Source of the DNA: a virus
Length of the DNA: 64,000 nt
Direction: 5' to 3' (one strand)
Virus record (IMG/VR): IMGVR_UViG_3300009071_000006
The notes beneath the pieces were generated by a model. The model ran no database searches. It was given only the letters and a program-made list of their open reading frames with translations, and was not told the DNA's origin. Positions 23,626 to 32,213 of this stretch are shown one piece after another. The position numbers were made by a program, and so were the translations under genes. How positions within the stretch are numbered: the stretch's first letter is position 1; every line of letters starts with the position of its first letter.

Positions 23626-24437
23626 TTTTCTTTTAATTTAAATTCATACTTTTTATTTTTAATCTCATCCCAATCAATATCCTTTCTCCTTATTAATGGA
23701 TGCGTGAATTGATTCCAAGAATTTTTAACAACGTGCTGTGGTCTGCCAAATCTCCATTTAGTTTCCACTAGCTCTTTGCCCCACACTTCTTCCAATGACC
23801 TCGCCATCAATAATCTTCCATCCTTTTCGTAAAGGTCTGTAGTGTTGCCTCCACTTACTTTCATTGTGGTTATCTTCTCTATAAAAAATGTACAGAAGTT
23901 AATAGTGCATAAATTATTGGTCACGCATTGTAGGCATAAGTCTGTGTCATCGTTATAATACAGCCTGTGCTTGTATGGCATCTCGTTGTTTATTAAACTT
24001 GCTGAGTATACCCTTGTGTTAAGTATGTAGGGCTTTTTCTGCCTCGCTACAAACATTCTATAGTTTAATCCGCTCACTCCTATATTAGAGTACCTGTCTG
24101 TAAATTCTTCTACTATAGAAATTGCTTTGTTTGCATTGCACCTAATCCGTTCTCCTTTGTGTAGCCTACCTACATATCTAATGTTGTCATCAAACTGCCA
24201 ATGCCTAGCAAAGCCGTTCTTTAATGAATGCTCTCTGATCCAAAGCCTTGACCCTAATAATCTCAGATTATTTTCAGGTAGCACTAGCATAATATCTTTA
24301 AACTCTTTGTAGTTTTCTACCTGAGATGGCTCTACTACTATCTTGAAATCTACACCATCCTCAAGAAAGCACCTTATCGTGTGTGCTAACTTATGCCTGT
24401 TTTTTGTTGGCACATAAATTGGGTATTTAGGATTCAC
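23622..24437 (-). CDS. Hypothetical protein, tentatively GT-A-fold glycosyltransferase-like
   Basis: PIYVPTKNR N-terminal strand-loop and acidic QFDDNI / YNDDTD (DxD-like) motifs. The gene is flanked by ParB/methylase genes. A weak call that needs HHpred. Confidence 0.3.
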   Translation of the reverse strand: MNPKYPIYVPTKNRHKLAHTIRCFLEDGVDFKIVVEPSQVENYKEFKDIMLVLPENNLRLLGSRLWIREHSLKNGFARHWQFDDNIRYVGRLHKGERIRCNANKAISIVEEFTDRYSNIGVSGLNYRMFVARQKKPYILNTRVYSASLINNEMPYKHRLYYNDDTDLCLQCVTNNLCTINFCTFFIEKITTMKVSGGNTTDLYEKDGRLLMARSLEEVWGKELVETKWRFGRPQHVVKNSWNQFTHPLIRRKDIDWDEIKNKKYEFKLKEK

Positions 24438-25036
24438 TCGTATTTTTTACTTTTCCAATCACCTTTTCCCTTATATGGATACCATGTAGTCCAAGTTTTA
24501 TTTCCTTCTTTTGCGTATGTAAATTCAATGTTCATTTTTTCGGCAAACTCTTTCCTTAGTCCATCGTTTTCAAACTTGACTACAATTTGTAAAGGATCTT
24601 CCTTTGTCTCAAAATCAGGCATACCAACCCACTCTTCATTTTCAAGGTCGTTAACTTTTTCAACTTTCTCTAAGTCTCCCAAGTTTGGCACTTCTATAGC
24701 CCAATCAAATAGTTCCTTTTGCCCAAACTCTTCTAATAATAAATCCCAATCCCATCCACCATATGAAGCATTATCCTTCACTATGAACTCCCTTTCTTCT
24801 TCAGGAGTAAATGACATTATCTTTACCCAAGAATCAGGAATTGATTCGTATCCTAATTGGATTAATGCTTTTAATCTTTGATTACCTCCAACTACCCTCA
24901 TGTCTTCAGTTACAACTAAAGGTCTAGCTTCCATCATTTTTTCAAAGCCTTTTATACTGCTTTTTAATTTATTTAAATTTTCTTGGGAAATGATTCTAGG
25001 ATTCTGCTCGCTAGGTATAAGTGTACTTATGTTCAT
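24434..25036 (-). CDS. ParB N-terminal domain protein
   Basis: LIPSEQNPR...ARPLVVTEDMRVVGGNQRLKALIQLGYESIP. Confidence 0.7.
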   Translation of the reverse strand: MNISTLIPSEQNPRIISQENLNKLKSSIKGFEKMMEARPLVVTEDMRVVGGNQRLKALIQLGYESIPDSWVKIMSFTPEEEREFIVKDNASYGGWDWDLLLEEFGQKELFDWAIEVPNLGDLEKVEKVNDLENEEWVGMPDFETKEDPLQIVVKFENDGLRKEFAEKMNIEFTYAKEGNKTWTTWYPYKGKGDWKSKKYE

Positions 25037-25914
25037 TGGTGCTTGTAGTTTTGGATTATTCGCATTGGGTCTAGTGATAGCCCTATTTTATGTTGGCAAG
25101 CTTTGCGAGAGTCCAAAGTCGTAAAACTTCTTTCCGCTAATCCTTTTGCCCTCATGTCTTCATTAAACTTCTGACAAGTAACATATTTTTTTTCATACCC
25201 TAAAGTGTCTAGTATTTGACTAGTCATCACAGGCACAGGATGCGTTATATTATAAGTTCCAAAAGGAGGATTTAAATTTATGCATTTTATAATGGATACA
25301 CAAAACTCTCCTATGTGTGTAACGCTGTTAATTGCGTTTACTATAGTGTCATACTCTATAATTTTTGAGATAAAATTTTTATTATGTTTTCCCAATCCAA
25401 AAAACATTCTAGGTCTCAAAATCCAACAATCTACATTTTCTAGTTGTTGCTCTCCCTCTATTTTAGTTTGAGCATAATAACTGCCTCTAAAGTTTGGTGC
25501 ATTCCTCTCTGACCAACTATCATGTTGCCAATCGTCTATAGTAAAATGCTTTCCTATGTAATCTGTTCTTTCTCTAAGTCTTCCTGTTCTGCCCTGTCCT
25601 TGATATAGGCATCCGCTAGACACATGGACAAATGGAATGTCTTTACAAAACTCCGCTAATCTTTTTGGAATTTTTACATTTGCTGTATGGACGGCTTCTC
25701 TATTTTCAGGTAATTCGCAAGCGTCTACATTTGGCGTTCCTGCATATCCTGCACAGTTCACTACTGCATCTACATTTTTTAAATAATTATTAAATTCTTC
25801 GTCCATCCAAAATTCTGTCCTGCTTATTGTGTGGCACTCATGCCCTGACCTGTTTGCGTTCCACCACACTTGCTCACCAACCCATCCTGTTGAACCTATA
25901 ATTAAAATTCTCAT
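25033..25914 (-). CDS. NAD(P)-dependent sugar epimerase/reductase (extended SDR, RmlD-like)
   Basis: Rossmann MRILIIGSTGWVG, NCAGY, and catalytic YAQTK (YxxxK). Confidence 0.7.
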   Translation of the reverse strand: MRILIIGSTGWVGEQVWWNANRSGHECHTISRTEFWMDEEFNNYLKNVDAVVNCAGYAGTPNVDACELPENREAVHTANVKIPKRLAEFCKDIPFVHVSSGCLYQGQGRTGRLRERTDYIGKHFTIDDWQHDSWSERNAPNFRGSYYAQTKIEGEQQLENVDCWILRPRMFFGLGKHNKNFISKIIEYDTIVNAINSVTHIGEFCVSIIKCINLNPPFGTYNITHPVPVMTSQILDTLGYEKKYVTCQKFNEDMRAKGLAERSFTTLDSRKACQHKIGLSLDPMRIIQNYKHQ

Positions 25915-27335
25915 GCCATTAGTAATTTCGTTGTTTGCTGTTTAAATACCATACCAAATGCTAAGCTGACCGCATCTACTTGGTCATCATTTTTTGAATC
26001 AGGAAAGGCTCTTAGCTCATCTAAAAAATCATAGTTCCATGAGCCTCTAACCATTTTCACTCTTCCTGCATCCACCATACTTAACCAAGGGTTTGCCCTG
26101 CTTAACTTATCCTTAGATACATTTATATTCTGCACTACATTTTTACCTACTCTATCCTCTTTAATCTGTTCGTAAGATGTGTGAAACCCGCCCACGCTTT
26201 CTATGCCTATTCTGTTCTGCTCTAAGTCTCCGTATCTTCCTATGGCTTGTTTAGTAGCGTGCCAATTAAGCTTATCTCTCATTACGTGACTAATGTAGAA
26301 AATTTCTGTTTCTTTATCATATCCGCATAATGCTGAAGCACTATAATCGCTTGTCTTCTTAGAGGTCGCCGCTAAATCCCAAGCTCTCACTAATTCTACT
26401 TCTGTAGGTATTTCGCTTCTTTCACAGTATTCTATTTTTTCTATATCTACAATGTTACCACCTTTAGAAATAGGATTACCCCTGTATAAGGCATTATACT
26501 CATATTGACCTAATACCTGTCTTCTTCCCTCCAAGAAGTGTACAGGCTTATTCTCGCTCCACAAAGCTTCTCCTTCAACTCTGCCAATAATATCATCTTC
26601 TTCTTCACAGATTGCAGGAAAGTTCCATTGCTCAAATACCTGATCCTCAAAGCCTCTTTCTTTTAAGTCTTCTACATAATGCTTTGCCGTAAGCCTTCCG
26701 CATAAATCGTCCTCATGCCATCTAGTCATAATTAAAATAATTGTAGAGTTTGGAGTTAATCGAGTCATTGCTGTTGATGTAAACCAATCCCATATTCTAT
26801 TTCTATATGTGGCTGACTCTGCCTCTGCTCTGTCTTTGTGAGGGTCATCTATTATTAATGTGCTTACCCTGTTTCCTGTAAGTCCTGTACCCACACCAAC
26901 AGCCTTAACTCCACCACCTACTGAAGTAGTCCAATTTGATTGAGTCCTTGTATCTTCTCCTAAATGGGTATTAGGAAATATCTTTTTATATATCGTAGAT
27001 TTAATGCGCTCCCTTAATTTTTTGCAGTTTTTCGTTGGCAAGTCTAAGCCGTATCCTGCTAAAGCTATATTTTCAGTTGGGTCTTTACCTAAAAGAAAAC
27101 TTGCAAACTCTTCACACACAGCACGACTTTTTCCATGCTGTGGAGGCATATTAATTATTATTCTTTTTTCGCCTTCTTTGCCAACAAGCTCTTGTAGTTT
27201 TTTGAGTAAAAAAGCATGAACTTTTGCTACTTGATATTTAGGATCGTGTGCCAATACATAAGCCAATAAATCATCATGTGCTAATCTAGTTAATGCTAAT
27301 CTTGCTTTGTCTACGTCCTCCACGCAAACAAGCAT
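25911..27335 (-). CDS. terL: Terminase large subunit
   Basis: Walker A-like NMPPQHGKS, Walker B LIIDDPHKD, coupling motif TRWHEDDL, and a C-terminal nuclease acidic motif NDDQVDA. Confidence 0.85.
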   Translation of the reverse strand: MLVCVEDVDKARLALTRLAHDDLLAYVLAHDPKYQVAKVHAFLLKKLQELVGKEGEKRIIINMPPQHGKSRAVCEEFASFLLGKDPTENIALAGYGLDLPTKNCKKLRERIKSTIYKKIFPNTHLGEDTRTQSNWTTSVGGGVKAVGVGTGLTGNRVSTLIIDDPHKDRAEAESATYRNRIWDWFTSTAMTRLTPNSTIILIMTRWHEDDLCGRLTAKHYVEDLKERGFEDQVFEQWNFPAICEEEDDIIGRVEGEALWSENKPVHFLEGRRQVLGQYEYNALYRGNPISKGGNIVDIEKIEYCERSEIPTEVELVRAWDLAATSKKTSDYSASALCGYDKETEIFYISHVMRDKLNWHATKQAIGRYGDLEQNRIGIESVGGFHTSYEQIKEDRVGKNVVQNINVSKDKLSRANPWLSMVDAGRVKMVRGSWNYDFLDELRAFPDSKNDDQVDAVSLAFGMVFKQQTTKLLMA

Positions 27336-27362
27336 GACTTTTTAAACTGCGCCTGTCTACTT

Positions 27363-27677
27363 TTAAATAAGTCCTAACTCGCCTAAAGTGTAACCTTCAA
27401 ATGGAACAAGAACTTCCGCAAGCTTTGCTTGATGCTCCTCTTCTTCCTTTTCTTCCTTCGCTACCCAATCGCACTCTTTGCGTATTTGATCTGCTACAGC
27501 ATCATGCATTTTTGCAATCTCAGATGCTAAAGTTGATAAAGAATAATCTTCTCTACCAATCCAACGAGGGCGAACATTCCATGCATCCTTATACATATCT
27601 GAAAAGTAACCATAGAGGTAGTCCCTTGGGCTTTCCTCCTTTAGTGCGTCTTCTAGTATTTCTTTTTGTAAGCTCAT
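27363..27677 (-). CDS. Hypothetical acidic protein
   Basis: ORF track. AAGGGGGA Shine-Dalgarno upstream. Confidence 0.6.
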   Translation of the reverse strand: MSLQKEILEDALKEESPRDYLYGYFSDMYKDAWNVRPRWIGREDYSLSTLASEIAKMHDAVADQIRKECDWVAKEEKEEEEHQAKLAEVLVPFEGYTLGELGLI

Positions 27678-27687
27678 TGTTTCCCCC

Positions 27688-27858
27688 TTAGTTAACTTCT
27701 CTTATTGAATCGATGTAATCGTAGTTTCCGCTTTCCTTAGCAATCTTATAGATAAGTAATCTTGCTTCGTTCTTGCTAGGAGCTTCTACTGAAATAACTC
27801 TCAAGAAAGTTGGCTTTGCTGTGGTGAAATAAACTCTTCCGTTATATGTGTTGTTCAT
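27688..27858 (-). CDS. Small protein (56 aa), predicted leaderless
   Basis: Own translation: MNNTYNGRVYFTTAKPTFLRVISVEAPSKNEARLLIYKIAKESGNYDYIDSIREVN. The ATG lies 29 nt after the TTGACA at 27893-27888. Confidence 0.5.
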   Translation of the reverse strand: MNNTYNGRVYFTTAKPTFLRVISVEAPSKNEARLLIYKIAKESGNYDYIDSIREVN

Positions 27859-27864
27859 GCTCTT

Positions 27865-27893
27865 AACCTAAGAGAATAAATAATACTTGTCAA
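27865..27893 (-). promoter_or_regulatory. Sigma70-type promoter: UP A-tract, TTGACA, N17, TAGGTT
   Basis: Minus strand AAAGTTTTAAAAACGCTTGACAAGTATTATTTATTCTCTTAGGTTAAGAGCATG. Confidence 0.6.
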
Positions 27894-27980
27894 GCGTTTT
27901 TAAAACTTTTTTTAATATTTTTTTTATTACTTTCGTAAGTTGCTGTTTTTAAGCATTTTACAGGAGAAACTTTTTTTGCT

Positions 27981-28580
27981 TTATTTTAAAATATCTTTGG
28001 TTTTATTGTTATTAATACTAACTTTGTTAAATAGCTGTTCTAGGGTTTTATAATCTAAGGCTAAGTGTTCTTTTAGTTTCTCTCTTTCTTTGCTTGTTAA
28101 CTCATACTCACTAGTACCCTTGTTGTCCCATAGGTCATCAAATTCTTTGCCATACATTTTGCCTAAATCTTCTTTTATTGAATTTGTAAACACTAGTCCT
28201 TTTAATAATTGTGGAGTTAATACTTTTAAATAATTTGCTAAGTACCAATGGTATCCTTCGCCTATGTGGTGTACATAATTTGTCTGCAACTCTTCTAGGT
28301 TGTCGATCAAACTATTTATGTCTTTATGCTTATCTAAAAAATTCTTCTCTCCATTAAATCTTAATTTTTGATTATGGCTTGTCTTTTTCTTTCTCCAATA
28401 AAATGCTGAGCAAAATCTTTCTACAGGATTGCGTATTGGTATTATGCTTTTAAATTGCGAATCTAACATGGGCGCTTGCACATGAATTGCAAAAAAAAGT
28501 ATAGACTGACTTTTAAGCATATTTCTTATAGTCATGCCTCCGCATTTTCCCACATGAATAAATTGTAAATTAGTTTTCAT
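27981..28580 (-). CDS. Family-2 sulfotransferase-like protein (paralogue 5, outside the main cluster)
   Basis: 5'-PSB-like FIHVGKCGGMTI and 3'-PB-like PIRNPVERFCSAFYW. Confidence 0.6.
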   Translation of the reverse strand: MKTNLQFIHVGKCGGMTIRNMLKSQSILFFAIHVQAPMLDSQFKSIIPIRNPVERFCSAFYWRKKKTSHNQKLRFNGEKNFLDKHKDINSLIDNLEELQTNYVHHIGEGYHWYLANYLKVLTPQLLKGLVFTNSIKEDLGKMYGKEFDDLWDNKGTSEYELTSKEREKLKEHLALDYKTLEQLFNKVSINNNKTKDILK

Positions 28581-28812
28581 TTTTTCTTTTATCTATTTCG
28601 CGTTTTTCATTCTCAGGATTTTCTAAATATTTTATTTGCCTGACACAGCTTGTTCTTGTCCAAAAAGCATCATCAAACATTTCCATATTTTCTTCCCTGC
28701 AACTCATTGCCCATTGATTACTTCCATGTTTGGATTGTCTCCATATGCTCCAATCCCTGTCTCTCCAATCTGTATATAAAAAGTGTTCGTCTGCTATTTT
28801 TTTATAGTGCAT
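28570..28812 (-). CDS. Hypothetical protein
   Basis: ORF track. Confidence 0.5.
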   Translation of the reverse strand: MHYKKIADEHFLYTDWRDRDWSIWRQSKHGSNQWAMSCREENMEMFDDAFWTRTSCVRQIKYLENPENEKREIDKRKNEN

Positions 28813-29026
28813 TGTTTGTTTTATTACTCCTCATTCTCAGGAAATCAATTAAGTCATCCATCGGATAAACGTGGTCTACTGTTTGAATAAGCTTATTATG
28901 GATTTGTAATACTTGTATTACCTCTTCCATTTCTTCAGTAAACTCTTCCCATTGTGGTCTGCCTTCGCCTTCGCTTACCATTCCACGAATAGAATGTATG
29001 TGACTATCAAAATTTTTAACTTTCAT
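28802..29026 (-). CDS. Hypothetical protein (74 aa)
   Basis: ORF track frame. Start moved to the ATG at 29026 (MKVKNF) to remove a 125-nt overlap. Confidence 0.45.
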   Translation of the reverse strand: MKVKNFDSHIHSIRGMVSEGEGRPQWEEFTEEMEEVIQVLQIHNKLIQTVDHVYPMDDLIDFLRMRSNKTNNAL

Positions 29027-29447
29027 AATTGAGTGCTTGTGTTCCGTAAACCTCGTCAGACCATCTAGGAAAATTTTTGCAATCCGCAAAATACTCAGCC
29101 CTTTGGTAGTGACCATTCGTAAGCTTGTGAGCCATGTCATCTATCGACTTAGCAAACATTAATGGGTGTGCAGTTTTAATTGCTCTTCGTAAGTTTCTGT
29201 ATATGCCTAACATTCCTTTGTGATTGGTTGGCATAAAAAAGTATTCTGTTTCACTTAACTCACTAAACATATCTATCCTGCCATAATAAAAAAGCTCTGA
29301 CAGGTTGGTGTGTATTTCATCAAGAATCCATTGATACTTACCACCATATTTCTTTGTGCTTACACAATGTTTTTGCAAAAGCTTCATGGCGCAGTAGCAC
29401 CACTTTTGAGAGATGTTAATCCTTCCGTTAGCTTCGTACAGATTCAT
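29016..29447 (-). CDS. Hypothetical protein (143 aa)
   Basis: ORF track. Confidence 0.55.
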   Translation of the reverse strand: MNLYEANGRINISQKWCYCAMKLLQKHCVSTKKYGGKYQWILDEIHTNLSELFYYGRIDMFSELSETEYFFMPTNHKGMLGIYRNLRRAIKTAHPLMFAKSIDDMAHKLTNGHYQRAEYFADCKNFPRWSDEVYGTQALNYES

Positions 29448-29751
29448 TGCTGTGATTTAGTAGTGCGTATCCTTCTTCGCCTTCTTCGTAATAATTTATT
29501 CTACCCTGCAAGGAGCATACTTGGAAATTAAGAGTATCTACTTTTGCTTGCTCTACCCTAACTTGATTGTAAGCATTTTCATAATTGGTAGTGTTTTGCT
29601 CGTTGTAGTCCTTATTAAGAACCTCATACAGCTTAGCACTTAGTTCTCTAGCTTCTAGGAGCTTTGCCCTTGCTCTCTTTAAGTCTTCTAGCATATCAAC
29701 TTTTAAATCAATGAATGCTCTGTGTCTTGAGTCGTAATTTGGTGTTGTCAT
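29428..29751 (-). CDS. Hypothetical coiled-coil protein (107 aa)
   Basis: ORF track frame. The start at 29751 (MTTPNY) lies just after the upstream stop at 29757. Confidence 0.5.
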   Translation of the reverse strand: MTTPNYDSRHRAFIDLKVDMLEDLKRARAKLLEARELSAKLYEVLNKDYNEQNTTNYENAYNQVRVEQAKVDTLNFQVCSLQGRINYYEEGEEGYALLNHSNESVRS

Positions 29752-29756
29752 AATTA

Positions 29757-29990
29757 TTATGCGTTGATGATTGGGGACATTGAGTAAGTTCCTAAAGGTG
29801 AAAAGTATTGCTGTCCGTTGTAGCTTTTTACTGCTCTGCGTTGCACTCCCTTTGTGCATGATCCTGTAAACCATACTGAAGACTTAGATGTCTTTACGAT
29901 ATTAAATGAAAAGATGCAGTCATAATCACAGGCTGATCTAGTTGTGTAAGTTTTTCCTACTTGGAATTGATTTGGTGTTGTGTTGTTCAT
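29757..29990 (-). CDS. Small protein (77 aa), predicted leaderless
   Basis: ORF track. ATGAACAAC start 29 nt after the TTGACA at 30025-30020. Confidence 0.55.
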   Translation of the reverse strand: MNNTTPNQFQVGKTYTTRSACDYDCIFSFNIVKTSKSSVWFTGSCTKGVQRRAVKSYNGQQYFSPLGTYSMSPIINA

Positions 29991-29996
29991 GACTTT

Positions 29997-30025
29997 AATA
30001 ATGCATATCTAAAAATAGATGTCAA
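29997..30025 (-). promoter_or_regulatory. Sigma70-type promoter: UP A-tract, TTGACA, N16-17, CATTAT/ATTATT
   Basis: Minus strand TTTAATAAAAGTATTGACATCTATTTTTAGATATGCATTATTAAAGTCATG. Confidence 0.55.
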
Positions 30026-30058
30026 TACTTTTATTAAAAAACTTTGCTTTTCTTTAAA

Positions 30059-30265
30059 TTATTTTTTTTCGTATTTACTTTCGTCTCCCATTGCTTCTGC
30101 CATCGCTTGCTCTTCTGCTTCTCTCTCATGACGAAAAGGGTCTAACTGATCAAGGGCTTCTTCTTGCTCTATAGGATCATCGTAGGTTTCTGTGCGTTGC
30201 GACTGTGGGCGAACGAAACGATTGCTAGGCGTTCCGTATCCGTAGATGTCTGATAGATTTCTCAT
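30059..30265 (-). CDS. Hypothetical acidic protein (68 aa)
   Basis: ORF track frame. ATG at 30265 after GGAAGG, with ATGA coupling to the upstream micro-gene. Confidence 0.5.
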   Translation of the reverse strand: MRNLSDIYGYGTPSNRFVRPQSQRTETYDDPIEQEEALDQLDPFRHEREAEEQAMAEAMGDESKYEKK

Positions 30266-30435
30266 CCGAACACCTTCCCTTCTATTTTGGTTGTGTACCA
30301 ATTGCCTTTACCTACCATTGCATTTGCAAAAGTCTCAAGGTCTAGTCCTGCCTGTACAGAATCTTTTGCTTCTGTGGTAGCTATGAGGCGCGCGTTTCCG
30401 TTTTTAGTGAATGAGTATAATCCGTATTTATTCAT
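30262..30435 (-). CDS. Small protein (57 aa)
   Basis: Own translation: MNKYGLYSFTKNGNARLIATTEAKDSVQAGLDLETFANAMVGKGNWYTTKIEGKVFG. AAGGAGA Shine-Dalgarno 7 nt upstream. Confidence 0.55.
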   Translation of the reverse strand: MNKYGLYSFTKNGNARLIATTEAKDSVQAGLDLETFANAMVGKGNWYTTKIEGKVFG

Positions 30436-30446
30436 TGTTGTTCTCC

Positions 30447-30665
30447 TTATATTACCATGTTGTTCATTTGTGCTGTAATAAAAGCACCTTCGTTAATTTG
30501 TGAAAGCTCTTCTTCAAAGCATTCGTCTCCAAAGTCTTGTACTAATACTTGTGGCTCAGGAAGTGATGCAAGCGTTTTAAGGATCAACTCACGATCTTCA
30601 AACTCTACGTCTGTGATTCCGAAGGTGTGGGCTGTGCGATCTAATGTATCTGTGTTGTTGTTCAT
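30447..30665 (-). CDS. Small acidic protein (72 aa), predicted leaderless
   Basis: ORF track frame. ATGAACAACAAC at 30665, 31 nt after the TTGACA at 30702-30697. Confidence 0.5.
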   Translation of the reverse strand: MNNNTDTLDRTAHTFGITDVEFEDRELILKTLASLPEPQVLVQDFGDECFEEELSQINEGAFITAQMNNMVI

Positions 30666-30672
30666 GCCCATA

Positions 30673-30702
30673 TATATACATGGAAACATGAATAGATGTC
30701 AA
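30673..30702 (-). promoter_or_regulatory. Sigma70-type promoter: UP A-tract, TTGACA, N18, TATATA
   Basis: Minus strand TTTTAAAAAGGTGTTGACATCTATTCATGTTTCCATGTATATATATGGGCATG. Confidence 0.55.
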
Positions 30703-30773
30703 CACCTTTTTAAAATAAATTTAAATCTATTTCATAAGTAGCTGTTTATAAGCTATATAAAATTTAAAAAAAA

Positions 30774-31085
30774 TTAAGAAAATAAATCCATTTGTTTTAC
30801 TTCATGCATTCTCTCTTCTTTGCTTTTGGCTAATTTAGACCATTTCCAACTTACCAAGCTAAAAGTTTTTCTGCCATCAGGTAGTGGGTATTTGGGCGTT
30901 ATCCCTTGTGCTGTTACTTCGCCCTTGTCTACTTCCTCAGGATGCACAAACCTACTCTCTCCTTCGTGCGTGAACTGAATGCCCATACCGCTTCTCTGAC
31001 AAGCCTCTACTATGTAGCACCTAGCATCTGCTAATCCTCTGTAAATCTTCGTTACCTTTACAGGCATATATCGTACTTCACTCAT
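30774..31085 (-). CDS. Hypothetical protein
   Basis: ORF track. Confidence 0.55.
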   Translation of the reverse strand: MSEVRYMPVKVTKIYRGLADARCYIVEACQRSGMGIQFTHEGESRFVHPEEVDKGEVTAQGITPKYPLPDGRKTFSLVSWKWSKLAKSKEERMHEVKQMDLFS

Positions 31086-32040
31086 GTTCTTGATCCTCCT
31101 CTGCTTCTTGCATTCTTTGTTTAAGTTTTTGCCATTTCTCTTCTGCTGTTTCTTCCTTCACCTCATCCGCATTAATTGCTGTGGCTAAATCTTTATCTAT
31201 TTGCTCTACCTCTTGTGCAAAGTACTCCAATGCTTTGTCTTCTACATTATCCTCATTTACCTCACATCCATTAATAATCGACATTTCTTCTTCTGTAGGG
31301 TTTACAGGAGCAACACTTACCCAATCTTGTGGCGTGCTTTTTATTTCTTGCTTGTCGCATAGTCCTGAGAACTCACAGTACTTGCATTGCCATTCCTCGT
31401 CCTTTTTTAGCTTAGCCTCTGCATCAGGAAGTATATTATTTAATAGCGCTTGATGAAGATCATTAGCTTTCCTCCACAAGTCCTGTAGTGCAAATTTATC
31501 TCTTTTAACTTCAAAGAATGCTGTCTTCAATGTGTTTGGTTCTAGGTATAATATTCCTGCCTTAGCACTTGGTGAAAACATTAAGTAAGGCATTACTTGT
31601 GCTACATGGTGTGGCATAGGCATTGTCTTTCTTCCCCTTGGGCTAGGTATCCTTGCTGTTGTCTTTACCTCAATAATCTCATAACCATCGTCTGTTGTTA
31701 TTAGGTTGTCTATCCTTCCCCTAATAACAAAGTCTTCCCTAAGGTCAGGCATTACTATTGAAACCTCATCCCTAAGAGTTCCACCTATTTGATCTACGTG
31801 CATTCTGAGCCTGTCAGTAATCCATTCGTGCAATAGATTTCCACGCTCAAACACTTTAAGCATCCTGACCTCTTCTTCCCTGTCTGCTTCCTCTAGTTCT
31901 ATGCCTTGATACTTGTACCAAGTTTTACGAATGCAATTACCAAGGTCTGTGCAGTAATACTCGCCTACTTGCCTTTCCCTGTTGTGGCTTTCGTTCTCCT
32001 TGATTAACTGATCGCCAATAATCTTTTCAATATCAATCAT
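31078..32040 (-). CDS. PD-(D/E)XK nuclease, Cas4/RecB-like with Cys cluster
   Basis: N-terminal C (YYCTDLGNC), nuclease core GRIDNLI...IIEVKT, QVMPY, and C-terminal CKYCEFSGLC. This is the Cas4-type four-Cys arrangement. Confidence 0.65.
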   Translation of the reverse strand: MIDIEKIIGDQLIKENESHNRERQVGEYYCTDLGNCIRKTWYKYQGIELEEADREEEVRMLKVFERGNLLHEWITDRLRMHVDQIGGTLRDEVSIVMPDLREDFVIRGRIDNLITTDDGYEIIEVKTTARIPSPRGRKTMPMPHHVAQVMPYLMFSPSAKAGILYLEPNTLKTAFFEVKRDKFALQDLWRKANDLHQALLNNILPDAEAKLKKDEEWQCKYCEFSGLCDKQEIKSTPQDWVSVAPVNPTEEEMSIINGCEVNEDNVEDKALEYFAQEVEQIDKDLATAINADEVKEETAEEKWQKLKQRMQEAEEDQEHE

Positions 32041-32210
32041 TTAATTTTTTCTAGTATTTGACTGCCTTGCATAATTTTATTCTCTAGTAACCTAGACATA
32101 GGTATCCCTAGCTTATCTGCTTCCTCTTTAAGCTTTTCTTTGCACTCTTTCGATAATCGAAATGTATGGCGCTTCTTTTTTAAGTCATTTGGTAGTTTAT
32201 GTCTGCCCAT
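32037..32210 (-). CDS. Ribbon-helix-helix (CopG/Arc-like) DNA-binding protein (57 aa)
   Basis: Own translation: MGRHKLPNDLKKKRHTFRLSKECKEKLKEEADKLGIPMSRLLENKIMQGSQILEKIK. It has a strand-helix-helix pattern. ATGA overlap with the nuclease gene. Confidence 0.5.
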   Translation of the reverse strand: MGRHKLPNDLKKKRHTFRLSKECKEKLKEEADKLGIPMSRLLENKIMQGSQILEKIK

Positions 32211-32213
32211 TGT

